Origin: Camelus dromedarius
Lineage: Eukaryota
Length of the DNA: 64,000 bases
NCBI RefSeq assembly: GCF_036321535.1
Contig: NC_087436.1
Location: forward strand, 15,562,001 to 15,626,000
Reading direction: 5' to 3'
Under the pieces are notes generated by a model that was not told the DNA's origin, did not search any database, and saw nothing but the letters and a program-made list of their open reading frames with translations. Positions 12,073 to 25,081 of the stretch are shown here, in pieces. The translations under genes and the position numbers were made by a program. Each line of letters opens with the position of its first letter. Position 1 is the stretch's first letter.

Positions 12073-15000
12073 AAATCTTTGAGACTTTCAAATGAGACAT
12101 ACAACTTTCTATTCTGTCTGCTCATAGAAAGGGGATACGTTTATTGATGTGTCCTGCTATGTTGAGATTCTTTTTTCTTGTTCTCTGATAAGATTTTCTT
12201 CATTATTCTTAGTGGAGCTTAAGTTTATTAAACATGAAAAGCCCATATATTTCGTCTAGCTTAGCCCTGTTCAGTGTATTTGTTTTTGACATGGGCTTTT
12301 AAAAGCTGCTCACACGAATAAAATGGAGACAATGAGACATCTCACAGAACTGTTGATGGTAAGATGAAATAACATGTGAAATCACCTTATGCCATATAAA
12401 TATTGGGTATTATTACTACGGGTTTCATCCTTATTATCATCATATTTCATTTTCTGCCAACAAAGATGCTGGAGAGTTATTTATCGAAAGCTATACAAAT
12501 GCAAACTGTAACTGAGCAAGTAAATGATGGAAAAAACGGAAATTTGATTCCTTTGAGGCTCTGATCATCTCAGGAATGTTGTAAAAGATCAGTTGAAATA
12601 ATGTCGAAGGTGCTTAGAAAAGAAAAATGCGATGTGATTATAAGGTACTGTTATCTCAGCCCTTCTGGTCACTGAAACTTTGACATTGTTCATATGCATA
12701 TGTGTTTTATTTCAGAGCTTATTAATATCTGGTACTTCTCACTTAATTTTAAAACAAACAAAAAAACCCCACATGCTGTTTAATAGAGTGCAATCTTATA
12801 CAATGAATGGCTTTATCTTGGTTTTCGTTCTCTTCGGCCTCTCTGTGGCATTTAACCACCCTGGCAACCCACTCCTTCAAATTCCTTCCTCCCTTAGATC
12901 CAGTGACACTAATTTCCCTACTTCTTCTTGACCTTTTCAAAGACTTTTGAGTCCCTTCTCCCTTCCCAACTCCTAATTCCAGGGATGATGCCCACAAGGC
13001 TCTGAGCTTCGTTCTCTCTCTCTGTCTCTCTCAGTCCTCAGTTCCTGTACAATTCATCCATTCTCATCTATCTTACATAGTTCCTTCTTCCCACTATTTA
13101 TTCCAACATGTACGTCCTGCCACTAGCTCACTTTCAAGATCTTCAACTCTTCTCCGTTCCAACTAACTGCCTTCACAATTGCCCGGTTTCAGTTGGTGGC
13201 AGCCTCACGGAGCCCGTGTCCCTCCCTCCTTAGAGCGTTCCTATCTTTCAGTCCCTTTTTCCAGGCTCCAAGTACATTAGTGCCTTCCCGACTTATTTTT
13301 CTCTGCTCTCCCGAGACCAACACAGCAGCCCAGGTCCTCATCACCAGCCTGCCCATCCTCGTAGCTGGTCTGTTTGGCTCTGGACTCTTCCCACTCCTGT
13401 CTGTCCCATGGACGGCAGCTGAATCCAGTTCCTATAATGCCTCTTTGTGAGCTCTGTCAGAGCAAGTACCGCACACTGGGCATCTTGGCGCCCCCAGCAC
13501 CTGGCACAGTGCCCAGCACAATTATGGCTCTTGACTGACAGTCGTCCCATTGCTCAGGAGAGTTGCTTCAGTGTGTGTGTGTGTGTGGTATCAATTTCAG
13601 ACTTCTTAGCTTGACTCTATAATATGAATTATTCATCCTGTCTTGTTTTAAATTGCTTCATAGAGTAAACCCTTTACCTAAGCCAATCTAGATTTTCCTT
13701 TTATAAATTTACATTTCACTGATAACTAAGACCAAACTCTTTAGCAATCATTAATTCTCTGCTATCAATGTAATTTGTCTCCCTAACTAGATTATGCTAT
13801 CCTGAAAGCCCAAAATTCTAACAGTTTTTAGATCCACTCCCTACCAAACACCCTTTCACCACAAATATCTATTTTCCTTTATAAATTTACACTTCCCTTC
13901 TTATTTGTAGATCCATAACACATGTTTATATATCTCATAGCACCTAGCTCTGTGCTGAGTCCCGGTGGTCACTCATTGAATATTTGTTGATTAATCACCT
14001 GGACTGATCATTATTCTACTTTGATTTGCTCCTGGACCGGGAAACCCAACACAAAAGAGCATCTTGCTGGCCTGACTTGATATCGCTCTCTGGAGATACA
14101 AGAACTTAACTTATCACAGAGTGAGTCTTTTGATAATTGGATGGTAGATCCCCAACTATTTATTTTAGCTCAAAATATTAGAAGGAAAAACAATGATAGC
14201 AGCAGTGGCTAAGCATGACTGTAGACACCGTGGGACTTACAATGAAAGACTGACAGCCTCTGAGCTGCTGCGATGTAAAAAAAAAAGAGGTGGCAGGGTG
14301 ACCGAAGGACGTTTACCAGTCCAGTCTTGTGTCATTTCTGATTTTTTTTCCTTTTGCCAACAACAAAAATGATCACCTGGTATCCCGAACGAATGAATGG
14401 ACCTCTTTTCAATTCCTAACTCAAAGCAAGAGAGTTATTTGGAAGACTTGATAGAATCTAATACATTATGTCGATGCAGGAAGGAGGCTCTGAAATGGAG
14501 TCTTTAGGGCTGTATAATTCTGCATGTATTTGAATAATTCAAACTGGTGTGCCCCCTCCCCCAGCCATCCTTTTATTCTCCGCACACTGCAGACATTAAC
14601 AACACGAAGCCATCGCACATTCGCGCACTTTCTGAAACAATTGAGCTAATTGTGAACTTGCCAACTCCTAACAAAAATGCTAGTGTGTGTTGCTCCGCAG
14701 TCGTGCCCAGTTCTACGAGGAGATAACAACACTGTTGTCTCCCTCGGCCAGGGCTCCCAGATGGGTCACTGGGCTGAGGCAGAACTGGGCTGTGCTCTTG
14801 GCAGATGGGTTGGAAAGTTGGCTGACTTGTTCAGAAACCTGACATCCTGGACATCTCCAGCCTCCACAGACAGAATTGACACAGTTCAATCTCAGTCTCA
14901 CCTCATCAGTAATTTTCCTTGGAAAAGTTTTTTTTTACTGTGTAGCTCGCTTTCATTCTGTTTCTATGATGACTGTATGTTTGCATGTCGTAATATATGT

Positions 15001-15085
15001 TATGTATTATATATAAATCTTTTAAAGTCTGTTATGTAAATATATATAGAGAGAGAGACAGAGACAGAAACAGAAATGGAGAGGG

Positions 15086-15230
15086 CAGCGTCTCTCAGCC
15101 TCGATGCTATTAACGTTTGGGGCTAAATAATTCTTTGTTTTGGGGACTGTCCTGTCACGACAACCAAAATGTCTCCAGACATTGCCAAATGTTCCCTGGC
15201 AGGAGAACTGTCCCTGGTTGAGAAGCACTG
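15086..15230 (+). mobile_element. internally deleted MER20 (hAT-Charlie MITE)
   Basis: TIRs cagcgtctctcagcc / ggttgagaagcactg; gacaaccaaaatgtctccagacattgccaaatgt. Confidence 0.85.
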
Positions 15231-16349
15231 ATATAGAGTAATGCTGAGTGAATTATTTGAATTAAGGTCTTAATGGAATACACGTGCAGACGCACAATCC
15301 AAGGCAATGTACAACCACATAAAAATTCATTAGAACTGAAATATTTCCAACTGAGAGTCATTTTTATTTCAAGAAATGTAAAATGCAGCATAATGAGAGT
15401 ATTAAAAAAATCGAATGGACCCTTAAATTTTGTTGCAATTTGTCATTTTTAATCAAGCCTATTTGATATACTCAGCTTTTATTCAAAACATCTGAATAAG
15501 GAAGAAAAATGTTTCTTACGCTGCCTGTCTCTCCTACTGGGCCCTACTAGGAGTTTGCACTGTAGACCCAGATCCTGTCCTAAGGACTTAAACACATTTT
15601 CTAATGAAGGGGTTCATGCAACATAGTATCTGGTCCATGAATGTTAGTTTTCAGTAACTCTGAATGATTATTATTATCTTATTTAATCCTCATAACATAC
15701 CTTCGAGGTATAAATTATTATTCCTGTTTTACAGACAAGGCTCAGAGAACAGAGGAGCTTCCACAAGGTCACACAATCAGAACAAGTCAGAACTACCTCT
15801 AGAACTCAGATCTTTCTGGCCTCAACTATGTTTTAACCTTTTTTTTTTTAACTCCCATATTAAGGGACCCAAAGCCAGGAGAAGAAATAAGTTATCCATA
15901 ATCCCAGAGGGGGAAAAAGAGTCCCAGAAGGATGGCTTTGGTTACCCCACTGGGGTTGCTGCGAAGGAATGATGATGGCTGTGACATGAGGTCCCTTCTC
16001 ACTCATAGTTGTGGGGATGTCATCCCATCTCTGCTCCTTCGAAGAGCTCCTCCTCTGCATGCCGACTGAAAGTCCATTAAGACACCTAAGTTCAGCCCAA
16101 TCACTTCCAAGTCAGATTTTGACCCATGAGGGTAATAGAGGAGGACCCAGGACAGATGTCAGAGAGGCTGGGAACAGTGGGGTCACAGGGTAGGCAAAGG
16201 GAGATAAGGATCAGAAGGCAAGGTGGGAGGAGAATAAGGCTGGGGGGCAGGTAAAAGTGTGTGGCCCAAACTAAGCAGAGAGGGGCATGCTCACAGGGTG
16301 AGGCAAGGGAAAAGGCGTGTCTCCAATAGTGTTAAGTTTACACTATTGT

Positions 16350-16804
16350 TTCAAAGAATCGGTTTGCTAGGGCTGCCAAAGTACCACAGACTGGGTGGCC
16401 TTAATGACAGAAATTTATTTTCTGACTATTTTGGAGACTAGAAGTCCGAGTTCAAGATGTCGGCAGAGTTGGTTCCTTCTCTGGACCAGGAGGAAGAATT
16501 TGTTCTATGCTGTCCCCCAGCTGCCGGTGGTTTGTGGCCAGCCTTTGGTGTTCCTTGGCATGTAGAACCATCACCCCATCTCTGCCTTCATCTTCACATG
16601 ATGTTATCCCTATGCATAGGTCTGCCTCCAGATTTCCTCTTTTTACAAGGACACTGGTCATATTGGATGAGAGTTCACCCTAAAGATCTCATCTTAACTT
16701 GATTACCTCAGTAAAAACCGTCTCTCCAAATAAGGTCATATTCTGAGATACTGGGTCTTAGCACAACATACGAATTTTGCAGAGGTACAATTCAGCCCAT
16801 AACA
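16350..16804 (-). mobile_element. MLT1B/C-type MaLR LTR
   Basis: gctagggctgcc...aagtaccacagactgggtggc...aattcagcccataaca. Confidence 0.85.
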
Positions 16805-17449
16805 GGAGCCAAGTAACACTGGATGCATAAGAATGAGCAATGCAACTCTCCCCCGCTCTTCCCTCTTCAGCTCTGACCCAGCAAGAGGGACACCAGCTCC
16901 AGGTTCAGAGGCTGGAGGAGCTACCACAGGGCAGCAGCTAGTGAGTCACGATCAAGCTACTGCCTCATCTCCAGGGAAGACCTCACAAAAGCTACTGTGG
17001 GTGTCTTTAAAGTGTCAGCTTAGCTCTTAGATATTGAAATTTCTATTCTGAACTAAGGAAGTTTAAAAAAAAATGTCTTTCAAGATAAAACAGATATTAA
17101 AGGTAAAAAAAGGACCACCTTTTAAATTAAACAATTTGAAGGACCATGTGTCAGTGACCCAGAAGTAATTAAGACATCATTAAGGTACTCTGAAGTGTAG
17201 GGACAGAGTTAATTCATACTCAGTAGAGCAGAACCCAATCATAAATTTCAGCCCTTGGAGCTTGAATCAGGAAATTCTCAGAGTTCCAGCCAGAATCAAC
17301 TGAACATCTAGAGGAGACATTTGGCTTTTGCAAAGCAACTGTCATCTTTGTCCTATGCTTGTCTCCAGTCCTTCTGGACACTCTTCAGCCCCATGTTGAG
17401 TTGATCATGGTGCTCTATCCCCATTCCCACCACCCACCCCATTTCAGGA

Positions 17450-17667
17450 TTAGCCCCAGATGCACACAGGAATCCAGCCAAGTCATTTCCAGCCCTAACC
17501 TAGAATTTTCTACTGGAGTTGTGGGGAAGAATCTCACTCTTGCCTGTTGGGTGAATCCAGGGCTGTCAGAAGCCATGCTCCCCACCAGGAGGGGGAATGA
17601 CATGAAGGATAAACAGGAGTCCTGGTGGCTTTGAGCCCAGTTATAATCTCCAAGAATCCAGAGTTGC
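17450..17667 (+). mobile_element. 5' part of MLT1-type LTR split by an L1 block (3' part at ~22423-22513)
   Basis: gaagccatgctccccacca; the continuation ccaataaat...ttctgtcacttacaacc...aataca resumes after the right TSD at 22405-22422. Confidence 0.5.
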
Positions 17668-17727
17668 TTGGTTCTGGCTTTCCTTTTTTTTAATTAAAAA
17701 CAAACTTTTAATAATACCTTTATTAAA

Positions 17728-17895
17728 GGACCTACTGTATAGCACAGGGAATTATATTCAATTTCTTGTAATAATATATAATGGGAAAGAATCTGAAAAA
17801 AATATATGTATGTATATGTATAACTGAATCACTTCGCTGTGCACCTGAAACTAACATTGTCAATCAACTACATTTCAATTAAAAAAAAAGAAAAA
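17728..17895 (+). mobile_element. short L1 3' end nested in the tail of the older L1
   Basis: ggacctactgtatagcacaggga...tataactgaatcacttcgctgtgcacctgaaactaac...polyA; imperfect aataatac..ctttat duplication on both sides. Confidence 0.85.
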
Positions 17896-20800
17896 ATAAT
17901 AATACTAGCTTTACTGAGATATAATTCACATACCACAAAATTCACTCACTTAGAATGTACAGTTCAATGGTTTTTTGTATATTCTGAAGGTTGTGCAAAT
18001 TTTACCATTATATAACTTTGGAACATTTTCATCACCCCCAAAAGAAACCCCATACCCGCTAACACGCACTTCCCATGACCCCTCCCCCAGTCCCGGGCAG
18101 TCACCAGTCTGCTTACTGGCTCTGTGAATTTTGCCTTTTCTAGACAGTCTCACTCTACTCTCACACTGTTTTAAAATTGTTTTGGGGTCTGTCTCCCCAG
18201 CCAAGGCAGGAGCTGTCTCAGGAGGGTACTAAGGGTACCAGCCAGGCACTAGGGAATAAAATTCCCTAGCAGGGGGCCCTTGCCTCTCTCCCATAATTTG
18301 GGAGTAGATAATCTAAGCAAATTTCTTAGCTTAGAACTCCTAGTGGATTCATGCCTAGAAGGTAGTGAACTTTTTTGGTGTGTGTGTGTGGTAAAATATA
18401 TATAACATAAAAGTTATAATTTTAGACATTTTTATGAATACAGTTGAGTGGTATTAAATACAATCACATTTTTGTGCAATCCTTACTACCATCCATCTCC
18501 AGAACATTTTCATCTTCCCCAATTGAAACTCTGCACACATTGAACAATAACTATCCACTCCCATCCTCCCCTATTCCCCTACCCCTGGTAGCCTCTCCCC
18601 TACTTTCTGTCTCCTCTAGATACTTTATAACAGTGGAGTCATACAATACTTGTCCTTTTGTGACTGATTTATTTCACTTAGCAGAACGTTTTAAAGGTTC
18701 ACCAATATTGTGGCATTGTCCGTACTTCATTCATGTTTCCTCCCCAAACTGTTTCTATTATGGCAAAATATATGTAACATAAAATTTACCATCTTAACTA
18801 TTTTTAAGTGTACAGCTCACTAGTATTAAATACATTCATAATGTTGTGCCACCATCACCACCACTCATTTCCAGAACTCTTTTCATCTTGTAAAACTGAA
18901 ATTGAACACCCACTAAACAATAACTCCACATTTTTTCCTTCCTCCCAGACTTGGGCAACCAACATTCTGCCTTCTATCTCTATGACTGGGACTAATCTGT
19001 ATACTCTCCAGAGACTATATGATGACCAAATATTCTCTATAAGTGGAAATGCACAGTATTTATCTTTTGTGACTGGTTTATTTCATTTAATATAAAATGT
19101 CCTCAAGGTTCATCCATGTTGCAGCAAATGTCAGAATCTCCTTCCTTTTCAAGGCTGAATAATATTCCATTATGTGTATATACCAAATTTTTGCCTATTC
19201 ATTCATCCATCAATGAACACTTAGGTTGCTTCCACCTTTGGACTATTATGAATAATGTTGCTATGACCATGGGGGTACAAATCTCTCTTTGAGACCCTGC
19301 CTTCAAGGTATAGATATATACCAAGAAGTGGAATTGCTGGATCATATGGTAATTCTATTCTTTATTTGTAAGGAACCATCATATTGTTTTCGATAGTGAC
19401 TGCACCATTTTTCATTCCTACATTCCCACGCACAAGGGTTCCAATTTCTTCACATCCCCACAAACACTTGCTTTCTGTTTGTTTGATAATAGCCACCCTA
19501 ATAGGCATGAAGTGGAATCCCATTGTAGTTTGATTTGCATTTTCCTAATGGTTAATAATATTGAGCATTTTTCCATGTGCTTATTGGCCATTTGAATATT
19601 TTCTTTGGAAAAATGTCTGTTCAAGTCCTTTGCCTATTTTTTAATCAGATTGATTATTTTTCTTGTTGTTAAGTTGTAGTTATTCTCTATATATTCTGGA
19701 TTTTAATCCCTTATCAGTGATATGATTTGTAGACATTTTCTCATAAAGTGAATCTCCTGTAGACAGCATAGAGTTGGATCGTTCTACCAGTTTCTGTCTT
19801 TTAACTGGAAAATTTAAGCTATCAAAGTAATTATTGACAAGGAGAGAATTACTTATGTCATCTTGCTGTTATTTTCCATATGTTATTTCTCTTTTGCCCT
19901 CATTTCCTACACTTTTTTGTCATTAAACCTTTTAATTGGTTCTCATTTCCTTTTCTGTACATTCTATCGCTATTTCTTTGTGGTTATCGTGGAGATTATA
20001 TTAAACATGTCAAACTTACAACAACCTAAATTGAATTTATACTAGCTTAACTTCAGCAATAAACAAAACTGTGCCCTTTTACAGCTCCATCCTGACCCCT
20101 TTCAATTGTTGATATCATAAAATTGCCTCTTTGTATATTGTATACATAAAACATGAATTAATAATCCTTTTACATGCATTAGTATTCTAAATTATGTAGA
20201 AAACAAAAGGTGGAGTTACAAGCCAAAATCAAAATAATATTGGCTTTTAGACTAATAATTATTTTTGTTAATGTGTTAGTCTCTTACATCATGTAGAAAA
20301 CAAAAAGTGGAGTGACAGACAGTTGTTACAAAAATACCAGCTTTTATAATTGCCCCTGTGTTTACCCTGACTGACAGCTATATAGTTTCATACAGCTGCA
20401 AATTGTTGTCTAGTGTCCTTTCACATCAACCTCCAAGACTCCCTTTAGCATTTCTTTCTAGGAAAATCTAACGGTAATTAACTCCCTGGGTTTTTGTTTA
20501 TCAGGGAATGTCTTAATTTCTCCCTAACTTTTGAAGGACAGTTTTGCCAGATGTAGGACTCACAGTTGACAGGGTTTTTTTGTTTTGTTTTGTTTACTTT
20601 TGGTGCTCTGAATATATCAGCTTATTATCTTCTGGTCGTCAAAGTTTCTGATGAGAAATGGTCTTGTTGAAGATTCCCTATAAGTAATTAGTTGCTTCTT
20701 TCTTGCTACTTTCAAGATTCTTTGTCTTTGAAAAGTTTGATCATTGGTATGTCTATGTGTGAGTCACTCTGAGTTCACCCTGAAGTTCATTGAACTTCTT

Positions 20801-20901
20801 GGATGTCTATATTCATGTCTTTCATTAAATTTGCAAAGTTTTCAGTCATCATTTTGTCAAATATTCTCTCTGCTCCTTTCTCTCTCTCTTCTCATTTTAA
20901 G

Positions 20902-21175
20902 GAGAAGCCCCACGGAATGATGGTTTGCTGTGTGGTCCTTCATCTTCTCGGCACTCGCTGTGCTTCCGTTTACAGACATTAGACATTTTCTCTGGTCACA
21001 AGTGCCATCCAAGTGTGAATAAGTAAGTGTGCCCTCTTTTCAGCCCCCACCTCAGCCCCGTGTTCCTCTAAATAGAAAAGGTGCTGGGTATCTCTTCAGA
21101 GTCTCTGTGGCCATGGTTCTCCCACCTGGGGCTTAAAGCAGACCGCAGCTCGATCTTCTGAAATCCGTCCTGGAA
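20902..21175. other. unidentified ~275-bp non-L1 insert interrupting L1
   Basis: L1 sequence is collinear on both sides; duplicated flank ctcattttaag (20891-20901) and ctaccttttaag (21176-21187); CpGs retained; no polyA. Confidence 0.65.
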
Positions 21176-23629
21176 CTACCTTTTAAGACTCTCTCAGTGT
21201 GTACGTTGGTCTGCTTGACGGTGTCTCATAGGTCCCTCATGCTCTATTCATTTTTCTTTTTTTCCTTTCTGTTCCTCAGATGCAATAGTTTTTCCCTTGT
21301 ACTCTCTTCAGGTTCACTGATGCTTTCTTCGGCTGGTCCATTTTGCCTTTGAATCCCTCTAGTGAAATTTTTATTTCAGTTATTGCATTTTTCCATTTCA
21401 AAATTTCTTTTTGGTTTCTTTTTAGGTTCTGCATCTCTTTTAAAATTTCCATTCTGTTCATACAGCTACTTCTTGACTTTCTCCACGTCTTCCTTTAGTT
21501 CTTTGAGCATCTTTAAGATAGTTGTTTTGAAGTCTCCTCAGGTCTTTTTCAGCGACAATTTATGTTAATTTATTTTTCCTTTAAATGGGCCTTACTTCCT
21601 TGTTTCTTTGTGTGCCTCATGATGTTTTGTTGAAAATTGGACATTTGAATTTGTGATGTGTTAACTCTGGAAATTAGATTCTCCTCATTCCCCAGAGTTT
21701 ACTGGGTGTTTTGTTTTTGTTTTTGTTTTTGTTTTTAAATTGTTGTAGGCTATCTCCATGCCAAGGATCAGCCTGAGGTGTAAACATAAGGTCGTCTCAG
21801 GTGTTTTCTGAGCCTACACCTTTCCATGAGTATGTGCACTGACTCTCTAACTTCCCTCATATAAGCAGTTGCTTTTGAATTCCCCATCATTTAATGTCTT
21901 GCTCCTAAAAAGGGGAAAAGAGAAAAATGAAGGGGGAAGGGCACTAGCTTTTTAAGCTCCCTACAAGACACTTCAGTTAGAGGGAGAGGGGCTTGCAACA
22001 ACCGGGGGAGCTGAAAAAACAATGGCCACCCACCACTTTGTTTACATCTCTGAGATGAGACAGAGCATTAGCAATCAAAGCACAGATCCTTGATATTTCA
22101 AGGACAAGGTCCTTTTTGACCACCCTGGCTCCGGAAGCTATGTGAAAACTGCTCCAAGAACACATGCACAGCTAGGCAGTTGTACCATGGAACTAGAAGT
22201 GGGGGATGGGTAGCTGCCACGGTGCTAAGATCTGAGACTGACCACAGTTTACCATCCAAACTTCCTCTATAACTTGCAAGCCTTCGATAGGCCCCAGAGT
22301 TCCAAAATATCTACAGCAGTCAGATTCTATCAGTGCAATTATTGTCTAAGTGGGGAAACTGATTCCTGGTGCTCCCTACTCTGCCATCTTCCCAGAATCC
22401 TCTGTTGGTCCTGGCTTTTCTTTCAGTCATTATCTATCCAATAAATCTAATGCTGAGACTAAGCTGGGTTTGGCATTCTGTCACTTACAACCAATAGAAC
22501 CCTGAAAAATACACTTGGATTCTGTTCCAATACTATAGAAAATGAAATATTTTTTCCCACAGTAGAATATAGTTCTGCATGGCTAATAGTAACTGAGGGT
22601 TTAATAAGTGCCAGGTTCTGTTAATTCAAACTGAAAGTTTCCATGCTACTTTTGCTAACATTTCACTGACCCCATGATCAAGTATATCATAACTAGGAGG
22701 GGGATAACCCACCATATTCCCAGGCTGTGGTTATCTGTCTCAGCTGAGGTCTGCCCTAGGACACTAGCAATGATAATGATAGGATCTGGGGCAATGAAAG
22801 GGCAGCTCAGAGAATGAGTTACCATGTAAAAACCTCAGAAACCACCTCAGCATTTGAAGCTTAATTATAGAGTGAAAAAATTTCAAAACCTTGGTAGGCT
22901 TGTCAGAAAGATTTACTCACCTTTTTATCTAGGGCTAGGTTGGCAGTTCTCTGTACTCATGGAAATTAGCCCTACCCTAACATAGAGCAAGTCACCACAC
23001 GTTCCATAACTCCTCTGGAATAGAGGGTAATCACCTAAGCCTGACAAATACCCTACACAATCTCACTCAACCTCTCCTTACATCTTAATTTCTACCTTAC
23101 TCTGCTGTTTCCTGATTTGCTTCAGCCTTGGGGAACTATTATCAGTTCCCTTTTCATGCCTTGCAAGGTCCCATCTCTGCTTCCTTGATCATGCCATGCC
23201 TTCTGCTGGTCCTCTTACCCTTGAAGGTCAGCTCAGATGCTTTTCTACGAGCACAACCAGAAGTGACTTACTGATCCTTGAGGTCCTAGGGCTCCTTGGT
23301 TGTGCCTCTCCTCTGGTGACCCTTTGCTTATCATGTGGCTCTTGTGAGGGCATCCTCTCCTCCTTGACCATGTACTGTCTTAGACTAGAGACTATAGCTT
23401 TATATTATTCACATTACCTAAAATAATTTACAGTAAATTTTTGTTGAATGAAGGAATAAACAAAGGAATGTTTCTTGGCACTCAAGTTTCTCCATTATCT
23501 AGCCTAACTCTGTTAATCCATTTTCTTTTGGCTCTTTCTAAATATGGTTCTTGTAGGTCATTCCTGCCACTGTTCCCTGGGTATACTCTGTCAGCTTGAA
23601 GTTTTTGCTCATATCAATTCTTCAAGCAC

Positions 23630-23965
23630 CTTTTCATTTATTCAATCATATATCCATTCATACATTTATTCACTCATTCACTCACTCATTCATCCTATCA
23701 CTAAAATGTTCACTGAGCATCTGTTGATTGTGCAGAGGGACCAAGGACACAAAAATGTCCAGGACTGGCTCCTCATCTTGCAATATGGTAGGAGAGACAG
23801 GTGTGTAAGTTGAGCATTATAGATACCATGAAGTATGGTAGGGACATAAGAGAGGTACATACACAATAAATGTGGAGATGGAGGAGGGAGTGGTTAACTC
23901 TACCTGGAAGGTAGGGGACTGTGTTCAGGAGAACTTCACAGAGGAGTATCATCTAGAAGGTTGTT
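23630..23965 (-). mobile_element. L2 3' end
   Basis: (ttca)n-like tail then aatgttcactgagcatct. Confidence 0.6.
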
Positions 23966-25081
23966 AAAAGTGGACTCACAGTGAAGGGTGGTGGGTTGTC
24001 CTCAGTGTGGCACTTCCAGGCCCCTGTGACACCCTTGCCCCAACTGAGATTCTGGAGCCTGAATTTGGGTCTTTCCTCAGAAAGGGATTAGGAGTCTAAG
24101 ACCCACTCAGAGTTACTTTTGGGGGGGCTAATTTGCAACCCCCTCCAATTGGTTAATAAATTATTTCTTTATATAAGCAAAATCTCCAATTCTGTTCTAG
24201 ACAAATCACACACTTGGTCTGCGACCTTTTTGGGTTCTTTAAAGTACCTGTGTCCAGTGTCACCAGATTTTTCTTTATTGTATTAGTCAAATTCTAGAGT
24301 TCAAGGGGTGACTCATTGGCACACCCCACGTTTAACTGCTTTATGTGAAAATTCCTCCCCCTTTACTAGGCTGTAAACTCCATAAAGGTGAGCTTTGTCC
24401 TCCCTAGCACAACACCACTTGTGTGAGGCCCATGGTGAGGGGTCAGTGCCTCTTGAAAAAATAAACTCTATTCTCTCTTCTTTCCCGAGGTAGTTCTCAT
24501 TTCTCTCCATTCCTCTCCTCCTCCAACTCTTTATCTGCTGACCCTTATTTTCCTACCTCCTGCAGTAAATTTCCCTCTGGCCCTGGGGAGCAATCTGCTA
24601 TCTAGGAAATGCAAAATGTTTTCAGGAAAGTATAGAGCCTTCCCATAGTGGGAGGATATTTGAATGTAGAACAGGATTAGACAAAGATTTGAACTAGCTG
24701 ATCTTTAGCATTTCTTCCCCCATTGAGATTTTACAATTCTGTCTCAAGGTACTGCTTCTAAGGCTGAAGTAGCTTGTTTGCCACAGTTCTTGTGGTACTG
24801 ATTTTTTTCAGGTGTTGTTATTGCAAGAAGTTGGACAGGGGGAGGGATTTTCAATATAAACCATACCTTTAAACTGAGATTAGGAAGTTACTAGCTGGTA
24901 AAGCATGTTCATTGTGTTAGTCATTAATAAATTTACAAAAAAAAATTTCAATCACACAGTGATAAGTCAAAGAAAACATAGTTCAAGGCTATTTAGAGGA
25001 ACTAGTGTGTGTAACAATACTTTGTAAACTCTGAATACTATGCAAAGATAAGATCTTATTTTTAATGTTATTAATACTTGT

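Larger units (their letters stand above)
17686..22404 (-). mobile_element. old L1M block: 5' UTR, ORF1 remnant, most of ORF2 deleted, several stacked 3' ends
   Basis: 5' end revcomp aggattctgggaagatggcagagtagg; ORF1-like 21276-21461 (LKRNQKEILKWKNAITEIKISLEG); ORF2 end ~19200-19740; TSD 16/18 at 17668-17685 and 22405-22422. Confidence 0.8.
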
